NCBI GenBank assembly: GCA_964537315.1
Contig: CAZIAP010000003.1
Coordinates: 75,919-139,918 of the forward strand
Direction: 5' to 3'
DNA from: an uncultured Gammaproteobacteria bacterium
GTDB lineage: Bacteria; Patescibacteriota; Microgenomatia; Levybacterales; GWA1-39-11
Length of the DNA: 64,000 bases
Of the stretch, positions 46,313 to 55,036 are shown piece after piece. Each line of letters opens with the position of its first letter. Within the stretch, counting starts at the first letter, position 1. Under the pieces are notes generated by a model. The model was not told the origin of the DNA, made no database searches, and was given only the letters and a program-made list of their open reading frames with translations. Position numbers and translations under genes: made by a program.

Positions 46313-47794
46313 TTATATTGCTGTGACAGTATCGATCAGCTCAGGAATCCAGAATTGAATTCTGTTTTCCGGAAGTAAAAGTGCTCGATTAGGTTGTAGC
46401 TCTTCTACAAACTCGGGGGTGTGGCTCACAAAAAGCATAGCGCCAGTATAGCTTTTTAAGGCATCTAAAATAATACGTTGTGAGAGTACATCAAGATAAG
46501 TTGTTGGTTCATCTAATATGAGCAAGTTAAAATTTTGTAGCATAAGCATTGCTATGGAAAGTCTTGTTTTTTCACCACCAGATAATGTGCCTACTTTTTG
46601 ATAAATGCGAGGTCCGGGAAAGTTGAACTTTGTCATAACAGGGCGGATTGCCTGCTCAGGGAGGTCTGAGACCTTCTGTACATTCTCGACAATAGTTTTA
46701 TCGAAATCAAAGGTTTCAAACTCTTGTGAATAGTATCCAATTTTTAGATTCTCATCACGTTTAACCTCTCCTGCATCGGGTGATAGTCTGCCCATAAGAA
46801 TTTTGATAAACGTGCTTTTTCCGGCACCGTTAGGCCCAATTAAAGCTATACGTTCTCCTCGGACAATCGAAAGAGAAATATCAGCAAGCACCATATCGTA
46901 GTCGTACATTTTAACAATGTTGGAAGCCTTGATCGGTATTTCTCCTACGGGGTGTGGGGTAGGTAAGATAATTTTTGTACGTTTAATTTCTTTTGGTAGT
47001 TCCGGAAGTGACTCTTTGAGATTTTCTATTCTCTTGCGTAACATTGTGCGTTGTCTGACGCCTTTTTTTGATTTATTGCGAGACATTTTTCGTAGACCTT
47101 CTTCCATGTGCTTAATGTGCTTTTGCTCATTGATGATTTTACGTTTTTCCAGCGCATCTTTTTCAGCCTTTAATGCAAGATATTTTGTGTAGTTTCCGGT
47201 GTATTCTTCAAGTTTATGCGTGATTGGATTGAGAGCGAGCACTTTGTTGATGCGAGCGTCTAGTAACGGGAGATCATGTGAAATTACAATCAATGTTTTC
47301 GGATATTGTCCGAGAAAGTCCATTACCCATCTTTTTCCTGCAGTATCAAGAAAGTTGGTTGGTTCATCAAGCATCAGAATATCCGGTTCTTCTAACAAAG
47401 CACGCAGTAGAGCAAGTTTAGTCTTTTCTCCACCACTGCAGCTCTTGGGAATTGTTTGCAGATCAATATCGGTCATTTCAAGTTCACGGATCATCTCCAT
47501 TAACTCAAAATCGCTTACTTTTTTATGAGGGTCTACAAACTCTCTAACGGATGTGCATTTTTCTAAAACTGGATCGTGTTTGATTTCCTGAGGGACATAT
47601 CCAATTGTTCCAGTTACTTCAATCTTTCCGGCTGATGGAGCATCGATTCCTTGGAGGAGCTTAAGTAATGTTGATTTACCTGCTCCGTTTGGTCCTACGA
47701 GACCAATCTTTCGCTTATTACCAACAGTAAAACTGATATCGTCAAAAACAGGACCAAAGCCATATGAATATGATAAATTTTTAACGTGAATCAT
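46313..47794 (-). CDS. ABC-F family ATPase (two ABC domains joined by a charged linker; EttA/Uup/ARE-type)
   Basis: Two Walker A motifs (GPNGAGKST twice), two LSGGE signatures, and an inter-domain linker rich in K/R/E. Start taken at the internal ATG (MIHVKNLSYSYG). Confidence 0.85.
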   Translation of the reverse strand: MIHVKNLSYSYGFGPVFDDISFTVGNKRKIGLVGPNGAGKSTLLKLLQGIDAPSAGKIEVTGTIGYVPQEIKHDPVLEKCTSVREFVDPHKKVSDFELMEMIRELEMTDIDLQTIPKSCSGGEKTKLALLRALLEEPDILMLDEPTNFLDTAGKRWVMDFLGQYPKTLIVISHDLPLLDARINKVLALNPITHKLEEYTGNYTKYLALKAEKDALEKRKIINEQKHIKHMEEGLRKMSRNKSKKGVRQRTMLRKRIENLKESLPELPKEIKRTKIILPTPHPVGEIPIKASNIVKMYDYDMVLADISLSIVRGERIALIGPNGAGKSTFIKILMGRLSPDAGEVKRDENLKIGYYSQEFETFDFDKTIVENVQKVSDLPEQAIRPVMTKFNFPGPRIYQKVGTLSGGEKTRLSIAMLMLQNFNLLILDEPTTYLDVLSQRIILDALKSYTGAMLFVSHTPEFVEELQPNRALLLPENRIQFWIPELIDTVTAI

Positions 47795-47846
47795 GAGGTT
47801 GATTATCTCGAATTTAGGCGTAAATTGCAAAAAACAAGCAAGTGGG

Positions 47847-47919
47847 TAGCCCCGAGAGGAGTCGAACCTCCAACCTTTCCCTTAGGACGGGACTGCTCTA
47901 TCCATTGAGCTACGGGGCC
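47847..47919 (-). tRNA. tRNA-Arg(CCT): tRNA-Arg (anticodon CCT)
   Basis: Reverse complement: acceptor GGCCCCG/CGGGGCT (G1-U72), D-arm GCTC-AATGGATA-GAGC, anticodon arm GTCCC-GTCCTAA-GGGAA, T-arm GGAGG-TTCGACT-CCTCT. Confidence 0.8.
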
Positions 47920-48029
47920 ATATCTAGCCACAAGTATAGCATGAATGTAGTTTATAGTTAATGGTTATTGGTATGTGTTATATAAGATTTAACCATGATC
48001 TATGAACTAAAAACTATCAACTAACATTG

Positions 48030-48058
48030 TTGACTTCCTGTGAAGGATAAATTATCAT
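48030..48058 (+). promoter_or_regulatory. candidate promoter TTGACT-17-TATCAT upstream of the DsbA-like gene
   Basis: Hexamers with 17-nt spacing. This implies the real start of the next gene is the ATG at 48067. Confidence 0.4.
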
Positions 48059-48066
48059 ATTTGAGT

Positions 48067-48837
48067 ATGGCTGCAAAACAAACAAAAAAAGAGCTTAAGG
48101 AACTTCGTAAGATGGAAAAAGAACAGCAGACAAGAAGATCTGCTCTTGATAACTCTCCCCGAACTTCAGAAGATATGATGAAATGGATCACCTTAGGTGT
48201 AGTTGCTGTTATCGTAGTGGGCTTATTCGGATTTATTATTTATAATGCTCAGCAGAGAAAGTCAGAGCAGCAACAGGTTGCTAATACTCGTGTAGAGATT
48301 TCAGATACTGGCTGGTCTAAAGGTGCTACAGAGTCAGCTGAAGTAACATTGGTTGAATTTGCTGACTTTCAATGTCCGGGTTGTAAAGCAAATGTTCCTC
48401 TTATAGAACAGGCTCTTGAGGAGTATGGCGATCAACTTCGCATGGTATACAAACATTTTCCTTTGACATCTATACATCAGAATGCAAAACCAGCAGCACT
48501 TGCGGCCGAAGCAGCAGGGCGTCAGGAGATGTTCTGGGAGATGCATGATGTGTTATTTGATCGTCAGGCTGAATGGTCAGTACTGGGTGTAGGAGAAGCC
48601 CGGAATAAGTTTAGCGAATATGCACAGGAATTGGGCTTGAATGTGCAACAGTTTACTGCCGATATAAATAATCCAGAGCTTGAGCAAACAGTAAATGATC
48701 AGATGAACGAAGGTACGCAACTTGGCGTTATGGGAACTCCTACATTTTTCGTAAATGGAAAAAGAGTAGAGTCAGGCAGTTATTCTTTTCTACAGAGCGC
48801 GATTGAAGCAGAGCTTCAAGATGTAAACCAGGAGTAA
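48067..48837 (+). CDS. membrane-anchored thioredoxin-fold thiol:disulfide oxidoreductase (DsbA/BdbD-like)
   Basis: One TM helix, then FADFQCPGCKA CxxC active site and a DsbA-like fold. Confidence 0.8.
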   Translation: MAAKQTKKELKELRKMEKEQQTRRSALDNSPRTSEDMMKWITLGVVAVIVVGLFGFIIYNAQQRKSEQQQVANTRVEISDTGWSKGATESAEVTLVEFADFQCPGCKANVPLIEQALEEYGDQLRMVYKHFPLTSIHQNAKPAALAAEAAGRQEMFWEMHDVLFDRQAEWSVLGVGEARNKFSEYAQELGLNVQQFTADINNPELEQTVNDQMNEGTQLGVMGTPTFFVNGKRVESGSYSFLQSAIEAELQDVNQE

Positions 48838-48854
48838 AGAAGTAAAACAAAGAC

Positions 48855-49298
48855 ATGAAGAAGAAGTCTTCTAGTAACCCTCTCATAGATTTCATCGCTA
48901 AAAATTATCTTTCTTTCGGGTTTTTAATAACTGCAGTTGCGTCAATTGGAAGCTTTTTCTTTTCTGAAGTATTGAAACTTCCACCTTGTGATCTTTGTTG
49001 GTATCAGCGCGCATTGATGTATTCATTGGCTATTCTTTTTGGTATCGCGTTGTGGAAGAATGACAAAACAGTAGTACAGTACGTATTGCCGATATCAGTA
49101 ATCGGATTTTTAATTGCCATTTATCACAATATTTTGCAGTGGAGTCCGACACCGTTGCCTTGCACCACGGGTAGTGCTGTGAGTTGCGCAACAAAGCAGA
49201 TTGAAATTATGGGCTTTGATGCAATTCCTGTAATGTCAGGATTGGCATTTTTGACTATAATTTTGCTTTGTCTTGTCTACAGAAAGTACAGTAAGTAG
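48855..49298 (+). CDS. disulfide bond formation protein B (DsbB/BdbC-like)
   Basis: Four TM helices with a CDLCWYQR first-loop Cys pair and a second Cys pair (CTTGSAVSC). Confidence 0.75.
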   Translation: MKKKSSSNPLIDFIAKNYLSFGFLITAVASIGSFFFSEVLKLPPCDLCWYQRALMYSLAILFGIALWKNDKTVVQYVLPISVIGFLIAIYHNILQWSPTPLPCTTGSAVSCATKQIEIMGFDAIPVMSGLAFLTIILLCLVYRKYSK

Positions 49299-49304
49299 TA
49301 AGAA

Positions 49305-50039
49305 TTACTGTTGAGGGCGGTTAGGAATAGTAGCCACGTTTACTTCTACAGGGGCAGGTTTCCAATATGCACCTTGTTCAAGAATCTGAATCGAGTCTCC
49401 AACTTCTTGTGCAGATATAAATCCTCCTCCATTTGGAGCCTCTGGGTTTGGTTCTCCTGTAACAAATCCTTCTGTTTGAGGACTAAAGTTAACATAAGCT
49501 ACAACTTTATCATCTCGTCCAAAAGTGTCATCTACTACTAGATTTATTCGTAGCCATCTATCTCCATCTCCGTTAGCACGTTCGACATCTTCTCCTTTTA
49601 CCAAGACAGGGTTAGTAATGTCTACCCATTCAGAACCCTGAAGGTCAACTCCATTAATGGACTTGATTTTATCCGTGGGTATAGTTTCTCCGACCACTCT
49701 TCGGTTATCAATAAGCCGATCAGTTGTAGTGGGACGTTTTCTGATGTTTAGCTTGTTTTTTTGTAGAGTCTTTTCATCTTGTAGCTCGCCTAAATACAAT
49801 GTTACATTTCCTAGAAATATTTCAGATACAGGAGGATGATCTTCTATGCTTTCTCGTGCTTCAGCGCTAGATATAGGAGTTGAATCAGTATCTATTCTTT
49901 TTGATACTTCTTGCGTTCCTTTAAAACCTAATGCTACAGCTGCTGCTCCACCTAATCCCTTTAAAAATGTACGGCGGCTAATTTGTTTAGATTCTTGTTT
50001 TGGTTTCTCTTGCGAGGGGCCTTCGCCAAATTCTGACAT
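49305..50039 (-). CDS. secreted hypothetical protein with twin-arginine (Tat) signal peptide
   Basis: SRRTFLKGLGGAAAVALGF matches the S/T-RRxFLK Tat motif. Start set at the ATG at 50039; the track ORF begins at a TTG at 50108. Confidence 0.55.
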   Translation of the reverse strand: MSEFGEGPSQEKPKQESKQISRRTFLKGLGGAAAVALGFKGTQEVSKRIDTDSTPISSAEARESIEDHPPVSEIFLGNVTLYLGELQDEKTLQKNKLNIRKRPTTTDRLIDNRRVVGETIPTDKIKSINGVDLQGSEWVDITNPVLVKGEDVERANGDGDRWLRINLVVDDTFGRDDKVVAYVNFSPQTEGFVTGEPNPEAPNGGGFISAQEVGDSIQILEQGAYWKPAPVEVNVATIPNRPQQ

Positions 50040-50115
50040 AAAGCTATTGTGTATTAATGAAACAAGAATGTCAAGAATATTTGTAGTAAGGATCGGAAAT
50101 CCGTACAATATAACT

Positions 50116-50850
50116 ATGCATCGTCGTGAAATTATTAGGTTTTTAGCGTTCAGAACGCTTGGAAATTTTTTTATTTTGCTTACTCTTTATGGATTTTTTG
50201 CCACATTTGGTCCTGCAGTATATTACGAGGCAGTCTTTAAAATATCCAAGTTTAGGGGAGTAGAGTATGCAGTTGCGGAAACGACGGGAACCCGCACATT
50301 CGCAGATGTATTGGAGGAAAACAGAGGGTCTGTTCACCACGTTTCAGACTCCAGCCAAGGTCTTGCTAGTTCTGTTCTGAACGGGAATAAAAATCAGTTT
50401 CTAATGCCGAAGGATAAGAGATTTTCTTTACTGATCCCTAAAATCGGTGCAAGTGAGAAAGTGCATGAAAATGTAGATCCTTCAGATCAAGTTGCCTATA
50501 GCTCTGTCTTGAGAAATGGTGTGGCACATGCACAAGGAACGTCGTTCCCAGGCTATGGTGGGAACACGTATATCTTCGCCCACAGTACGGACAACTTTTG
50601 GAATGTAGGCAGGTATAATGCAGTTTTTTATCTATTAAAAGAGCTACAGCCGGGCGATGACATTACAGTAATTTTCATGGACGAAAGATTTGATTATGTA
50701 GTAACAGAGACTAAAGTTGTTGATGCAGATAATCTAGATTATTTAAGAGCAGATATAGGTCAAGGGGAGGTTTTGACACTTCAAACCTGTTGGCCACCAG
50801 GTACGACGTGGAAAAGGCTTTTAGTTTTAGCAAAACCAAAAGAGTTATAA
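50116..50850 (+). CDS. sortase family transpeptidase
   Basis: N-terminal TM anchor, catalytic His region (YIFAHS) and TLQTCWP active-site Cys motif. Start set at the ATG at 50116 to avoid the antisense overlap with the upstream gene. Confidence 0.75.
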   Translation: MHRREIIRFLAFRTLGNFFILLTLYGFFATFGPAVYYEAVFKISKFRGVEYAVAETTGTRTFADVLEENRGSVHHVSDSSQGLASSVLNGNKNQFLMPKDKRFSLLIPKIGASEKVHENVDPSDQVAYSSVLRNGVAHAQGTSFPGYGGNTYIFAHSTDNFWNVGRYNAVFYLLKELQPGDDITVIFMDERFDYVVTETKVVDADNLDYLRADIGQGEVLTLQTCWPPGTTWKRLLVLAKPKEL

Positions 50851-50911
50851 ACTCGAGTTAACAAGTTATTTTACTCTTGACGAGGTAGGTAATTCTGTGT
50901 AAGCTGAATTT

Positions 50912-51646
50912 ATGGACTCAAAGAAATCATTTTCAACAGATAAAGCGCTTTCGTTTGGCTGGAATAGTGTTAAGAAAAATCCCATTATTATTCTATACTT
51001 TATGGTTGGAGTTGCTCTTCCGGCAATATCTAGCAGGATCCTATCGTTAGTCGCAGGCGATGATACAGTGATCAATCTTGCGATTCAAATCCTAGTACAA
51101 AGCTTATCTATAATATTTTCAATAGGATTAATTAGGGTAGCATTGAATGTGTACGATAACGTACCATTGAAAATTGAAAATCTGTATCAGGATTATAGAA
51201 GGGTTTTTGGATATTTTATAGCCAGTATGCTAGTTGGTTTGGGTGTTTTGGCAGTGTTTTTCCCATTTTTTATTATTCTTGGTATAGTTTTCTTCTCATT
51301 CCAGGATTATTTTTGGATTTTGATACTACCTGGATTACTTTCAGTTGTGGCAGCAGCCTATGTTGGTACGCGATGGAGCCTATGGTCATATGTTTTCCTT
51401 GATAAAGGAGTAGGTCCAATTGCTTCTGTGCAGGCGAGCTGGGAAATGACCAAAGGTAATGTGCTACGTCTGTTTCTCCTGTACATAGTACAGGGTCTAA
51501 TAATTATTTTGGGACTAATTGCATTGATTGTGGGTGTACTGGTTGCTATTCCCGTTGCATCACTCATGCTTGTATATGCTTATAAAATGCTTGATGGTAA
51601 AAAACCTGAGTCAGTATCTACACCACCTGCACCCGCAGTATCGTAG
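50912..51646 (+). CDS. polytopic membrane protein (244 aa), unknown function
   Basis: Six hydrophobic helices. Pro/Ala-rich C-terminal tail. Confidence 0.55.
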   Translation: MDSKKSFSTDKALSFGWNSVKKNPIIILYFMVGVALPAISSRILSLVAGDDTVINLAIQILVQSLSIIFSIGLIRVALNVYDNVPLKIENLYQDYRRVFGYFIASMLVGLGVLAVFFPFFIILGIVFFSFQDYFWILILPGLLSVVAAAYVGTRWSLWSYVFLDKGVGPIASVQASWEMTKGNVLRLFLLYIVQGLIIILGLIALIVGVLVAIPVASLMLVYAYKMLDGKKPESVSTPPAPAVS

Positions 51647-51794
51647 AGCACATAGGCTTTCTCATGTAATTGGAATTTTTGTGCCTATATTAAGATAAAA
51701 ATTTTTCTTGCTTTTACTTTTTTATTATTCATTTCATTTTCATCTTTGATTATTACCCGATAATATCTTCCAATCTCTTTGCGCAAGAGGAATC

Positions 51795-53243
51795 TTGGAC
51801 AAAGAGGAGGTGAGACAAGGGATGTTTAAAAAATATGCAGTCATAACTGTGATGTTTGTTGCAGGACTATTCGTAACAAACGGAGCATACGCAGATACAA
51901 CCGTAGATACAGGAGACGCTGACGCAGACATTAATGTAATAACTGAAGCCGGTATCAATAAGCTTGATCTGAGCGGGTTTAACTTTGGTAAAACAGATGT
52001 TGAAATCTCAGATAACGGCGCATTCTCGGATAATTTCGTTTTTGTTAACAACAATAACAATATAACGGTAAATCAAACAAATGATACTACCGTTAATAAT
52101 GATATTTCCGTAAATGCTAATACCGGAGGTAATACAGTATTTGGCAATAGACGAGGGGATGTAGATATTCGCACTGGTGATGCCACTGCTGATGTAAACG
52201 TAGAAACCAAAGCCGGGTATAACGAACTGAAGTTGGGTTGTGATAATTGTAACAACTCCACATCAGTAGAAGTATCCGACAATGGAAGGTTTTCTGATAA
52301 TCAAGTCAGGATCAATAATGACAATGATCTTGATATAAATCAAGACAATGATACTGATGTAGACAACGATGTTGATGTTAATCTCAACACCGGAGGAGTA
52401 TCTGTATTCGGAGGATTTGGTCATGGAGGCTATGATCGAGATTGGAAAGACTTTGACTACGACAAGGACAAGTACGATCGAGACTGGAAAGACTTTGATT
52501 ATGACAAAGACAAGTACAGTCGAGACTACAAAGATCATAGAAAATCTTATGACTATGATAAAAAATATGATCACTACCGAAAAGATTATGATCACAACAA
52601 AAGTAAAAAGTACTATTATGATGATAAAAAAGATAACCGATATTGGCCGTATAGGCTAAATAAATTTGACGGTTATGATCATCGGGACTATGACTTTGAC
52701 AAAAAATATGATCATGATCGAAAAGACGATCATAGAAAGTACAAAGACTCAGATGACAAACGCTACTATAAAAAGCGGGCATATGACTTTGATCATCATA
52801 GGTATGCAAAATATCATGATTATCCAAAATTTAGAAAAGATACAAAATACAAGCCGTATAGGTATAACTTCGTAAAGTATCACGATTTTGATAAGAAAGA
52901 TCATGATAAAAAAGATGATGACAAGTATAAAAAGTCAAGACACGACTTCACAAAATTTAGTGATAAGAACTACAAACCGTATAGGTTTGCAAAAAATTAC
53001 TATCACAAGAATGTGAAGAAGTATAGCAAGTACGACCATGATTGGGACAAATATCGTTTTACCAAAAATGATAAAAAGTCCAACTATTACACAAAGGACA
53101 AACACAAAAAGTACTACTACCCGGTACGTTTTGTGAAAAAATTTGATTATGGTCGAAAAGATAATTGCTATCAGTCATCGAGCTTTAAGCATGGGAACTT
53201 CCGATTTCCCGGACAGAGAGGGTATAGTGTTCTGCACATTTAA
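51795..53243 (+). CDS. secreted repeat protein: signal peptide, two about 95-aa Asp/Asn-rich modules, about 300-aa Tyr/Asp/Lys/His/Arg-rich tandem-repeat tail
   Basis: MFKKYAVITVMFVAGLFVTNGAYA signal. Duplicated TGDA(D/T)AD(I/V)NV...NTGG..VFG modules. Tail made of units like RDWKDFDYDKDKYD, with the DNA repeated at 52430-52520. Confidence 0.7.
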   Translation: MDKEEVRQGMFKKYAVITVMFVAGLFVTNGAYADTTVDTGDADADINVITEAGINKLDLSGFNFGKTDVEISDNGAFSDNFVFVNNNNNITVNQTNDTTVNNDISVNANTGGNTVFGNRRGDVDIRTGDATADVNVETKAGYNELKLGCDNCNNSTSVEVSDNGRFSDNQVRINNDNDLDINQDNDTDVDNDVDVNLNTGGVSVFGGFGHGGYDRDWKDFDYDKDKYDRDWKDFDYDKDKYSRDYKDHRKSYDYDKKYDHYRKDYDHNKSKKYYYDDKKDNRYWPYRLNKFDGYDHRDYDFDKKYDHDRKDDHRKYKDSDDKRYYKKRAYDFDHHRYAKYHDYPKFRKDTKYKPYRYNFVKYHDFDKKDHDKKDDDKYKKSRHDFTKFSDKNYKPYRFAKNYYHKNVKKYSKYDHDWDKYRFTKNDKKSNYYTKDKHKKYYYPVRFVKKFDYGRKDNCYQSSSFKHGNFRFPGQRGYSVLHI

Positions 53244-53275
53244 TTAGTCAGGGTGTAGAACATAATTTCTAGTTG

Positions 53276-53305
53276 AACCCCGCAGACGTGCGGGGTTCAT
53301 CATTT
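53276..53305 (+). terminator. probable terminator after the repeat-protein gene
   Basis: AACCCCGCA-GACG-TGCGGGGTT hairpin followed by CATCATTTTCTT (interrupted T-run). Confidence 0.5.
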
Positions 53306-53321
53306 TCTTACCTAAACCTTA

Positions 53322-53783
53322 GTGAAGATATATAGAATGGTTAGTATGAAAACAAGTGTGTTCTTTGGTGTCATGACAATACTTTTAACTCTACTTACCC
53401 CACTTAGCGAGGCCAGTGCAGAGTCAGTATCCACGAGCACTACCACTTCTAAATCTCACACTCGTGTGCAAATTACTACAAATGGGGAGACAAAAGTATT
53501 TGAGAGCAACGGAGAAAGTATTGATTATAAATCTGAAGACGGAAAGACCAGAGTAAGGATAAACTCAAATGGTCAGAATGTACAAAGTAACGCGCAAGAC
53601 ACATTTGATTCGGTCAAGCAAGAAGTGCAGGGAGTAGTAGAAGAAAACAAAAAAGAGCTTGAAAAAAAGGTGGAAGAACGTAAGCGAGAAACTCAGAATA
53701 AGGTAACTAACGAAGTTGAAAAACAAAGCATAGGGATTATTGAGGTAATTAAAAATTTCTTCGCAGGCTTATTCAATTTCTAA
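53322..53783 (+). CDS. secreted hypothetical protein with C-terminal charged coiled-coil
   Basis: Signal peptide VFFGVMTILLTLLTPLSEASA. Lys/Glu heptad-like tail. Confidence 0.55.
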   Translation: MKIYRMVSMKTSVFFGVMTILLTLLTPLSEASAESVSTSTTTSKSHTRVQITTNGETKVFESNGESIDYKSEDGKTRVRINSNGQNVQSNAQDTFDSVKQEVQGVVEENKKELEKKVEERKRETQNKVTNEVEKQSIGIIEVIKNFFAGLFNF

Positions 53784-53822
53784 CTTTGAAAACTTGTAAC
53801 TAACTCATGGTACAATAATTGC

Positions 53823-54590
53823 ATGCGCAAAAAACTTCTTATTGGACTTGCAATTAGCGTACTCATCTCACTTATATTAGTAGTCACTCGTAATACGTCA
53901 GCCTCATTATATTTTCAAGGAATTGTCCAGCAGTTGTTTCACTCACCTAAAGCCTCACTTTATCATTTTTCAGTCTCATCTGATCCAGAAAAAGAGTCTG
54001 ATCGTTTACGCGAAGAAAATGCGCAGTTAAGAGCAAAGCTTTCAGAAATGCAAAATCTAAAAAGAGATAATGATGCATTGAGGTCACAGTTTGAAGGAGA
54101 GTCAGTTGAGCTTAATTCGTTACTCCCAGCACAAGTTTTAGGTTTTCAAGGATCTATAACAAATCCTGAAGCTCTAATCATAGACAGAGGAGCAAATGAC
54201 AATGTCAGAAAAGGACAAGCAGTTGTGATTGGAAAAAATATAGTCGGTATTATTGATACGGTAAGTGAACGGTATAGTTCTATAGTAGTCGTAACTAGCG
54301 CATCTTTTTCTACAGTGGCAAAAACTTCAGAAAACTCAGTGTTAGGTGTAATTAGAGGCGCTGGGGACTTTTTACTGTTTAATCAAGTCGCAATCACCGA
54401 TACACTTGAAGAAGGAGATACGGTTCTTACCAGAGGAACTATATCAACATCAGGAACTGGTGTGCCTCCGGATTTAATAATAGGAAAGGTCGAAACTGTG
54501 CGAAAAGTTGAGTCAGAGCCATTTCAAAGTGCAAAGGTTGAAAGTTTGTTAGATATTTCCCGTCTCACTAGAGTTTTTGTTGTACGCTGA
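53823..54590 (+). CDS. mreC: rod shape-determining protein MreC
   Basis: N-terminal TM, coiled coil (LRAKLSEMQNLKRDNDALRSQ), then MreC beta-domain motifs (VVIGKNIVGIIDTV...). Confidence 0.85.
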   Translation: MRKKLLIGLAISVLISLILVVTRNTSASLYFQGIVQQLFHSPKASLYHFSVSSDPEKESDRLREENAQLRAKLSEMQNLKRDNDALRSQFEGESVELNSLLPAQVLGFQGSITNPEALIIDRGANDNVRKGQAVVIGKNIVGIIDTVSERYSSIVVVTSASFSTVAKTSENSVLGVIRGAGDFLLFNQVAITDTLEEGDTVLTRGTISTSGTGVPPDLIIGKVETVRKVESEPFQSAKVESLLDISRLTRVFVVR

Positions 54591-55032
54591 TAATATGCTT
54601 GTACCATTTTTCTTTTTTGTAATTCTAATATTGCTATTAGTAATTGAATCTACAATAATATCCTATCCATTTGTATTTATATTATTGTTTCTGATGTTTA
54701 TGAGATATCAAACAATCGGAACTTTGATAGTTGTTATGATAGTGGGAAGTATCTTAGATAGTCTAAGGGTTGTCTCGGTCGGAATCACTCCATTATTTTC
54801 CTTCACTTTGTTTTTCGTGCTGTTTCTTTATACTCGAAAGCTTGATCTGAGACAAACAATTTTGGTGATTACTGCCTGTTTTTTTGCTACGCTTGTCTAT
54901 AGCCACGTCACGCATTATCCGATTAATTTACTCTTGCATTTTGTTGTATTTTTCGCACTATTTGTGATAGCCTACATTGTACATCGCAAGAGAAGTAAAG
55001 AAAGCTCTCCATTTGTTCTATTTGGAAAATAA
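54577..55032 (+). CDS. mreD: rod shape-determining protein MreD (polytopic membrane protein)
   Basis: Highly hydrophobic 151-aa ORF overlapping the mreC stop and followed directly by mrdA. Assignment is by position. Confidence 0.6.
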   Translation: MLYADNMLVPFFFFVILILLLVIESTIISYPFVFILLFLMFMRYQTIGTLIVVMIVGSILDSLRVVSVGITPLFSFTLFFVLFLYTRKLDLRQTILVITACFFATLVYSHVTHYPINLLLHFVVFFALFVIAYIVHRKRSKESSPFVLFGK

Positions 55033-55036
55033 AGAT

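Noticed and set aside
49846-50115. N-terminal 90 codons of the track sortase ORF, overlapping the Tat-signal gene antisense
   Set aside because: The extension has no sortase homology and would place 263 nt of antisense coding overlap. An internal ATG at 50116 precedes the TM anchor.
52430-52520. Near-identical direct DNA repeats that might suggest a CRISPR array
   Set aside because: The repeats are in-frame coding repeats with no unique spacers, no leader and no cas genes. They encode the KDFDYDKDKY units.
52263-52875. Track ORFs 52263..52595 (-), 52384..52827 (-), 52369..52659 (+) and 52666..52875 (+), inside and antisense to the repeat-protein gene
   Set aside because: They are artefacts of the low-complexity tandem repeat, giving extreme residue bias (poly-Ile/Val or Thr/Met). 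They lie entirely within the better-supported 51795..53243 frame, which has a signal peptide and terminator.
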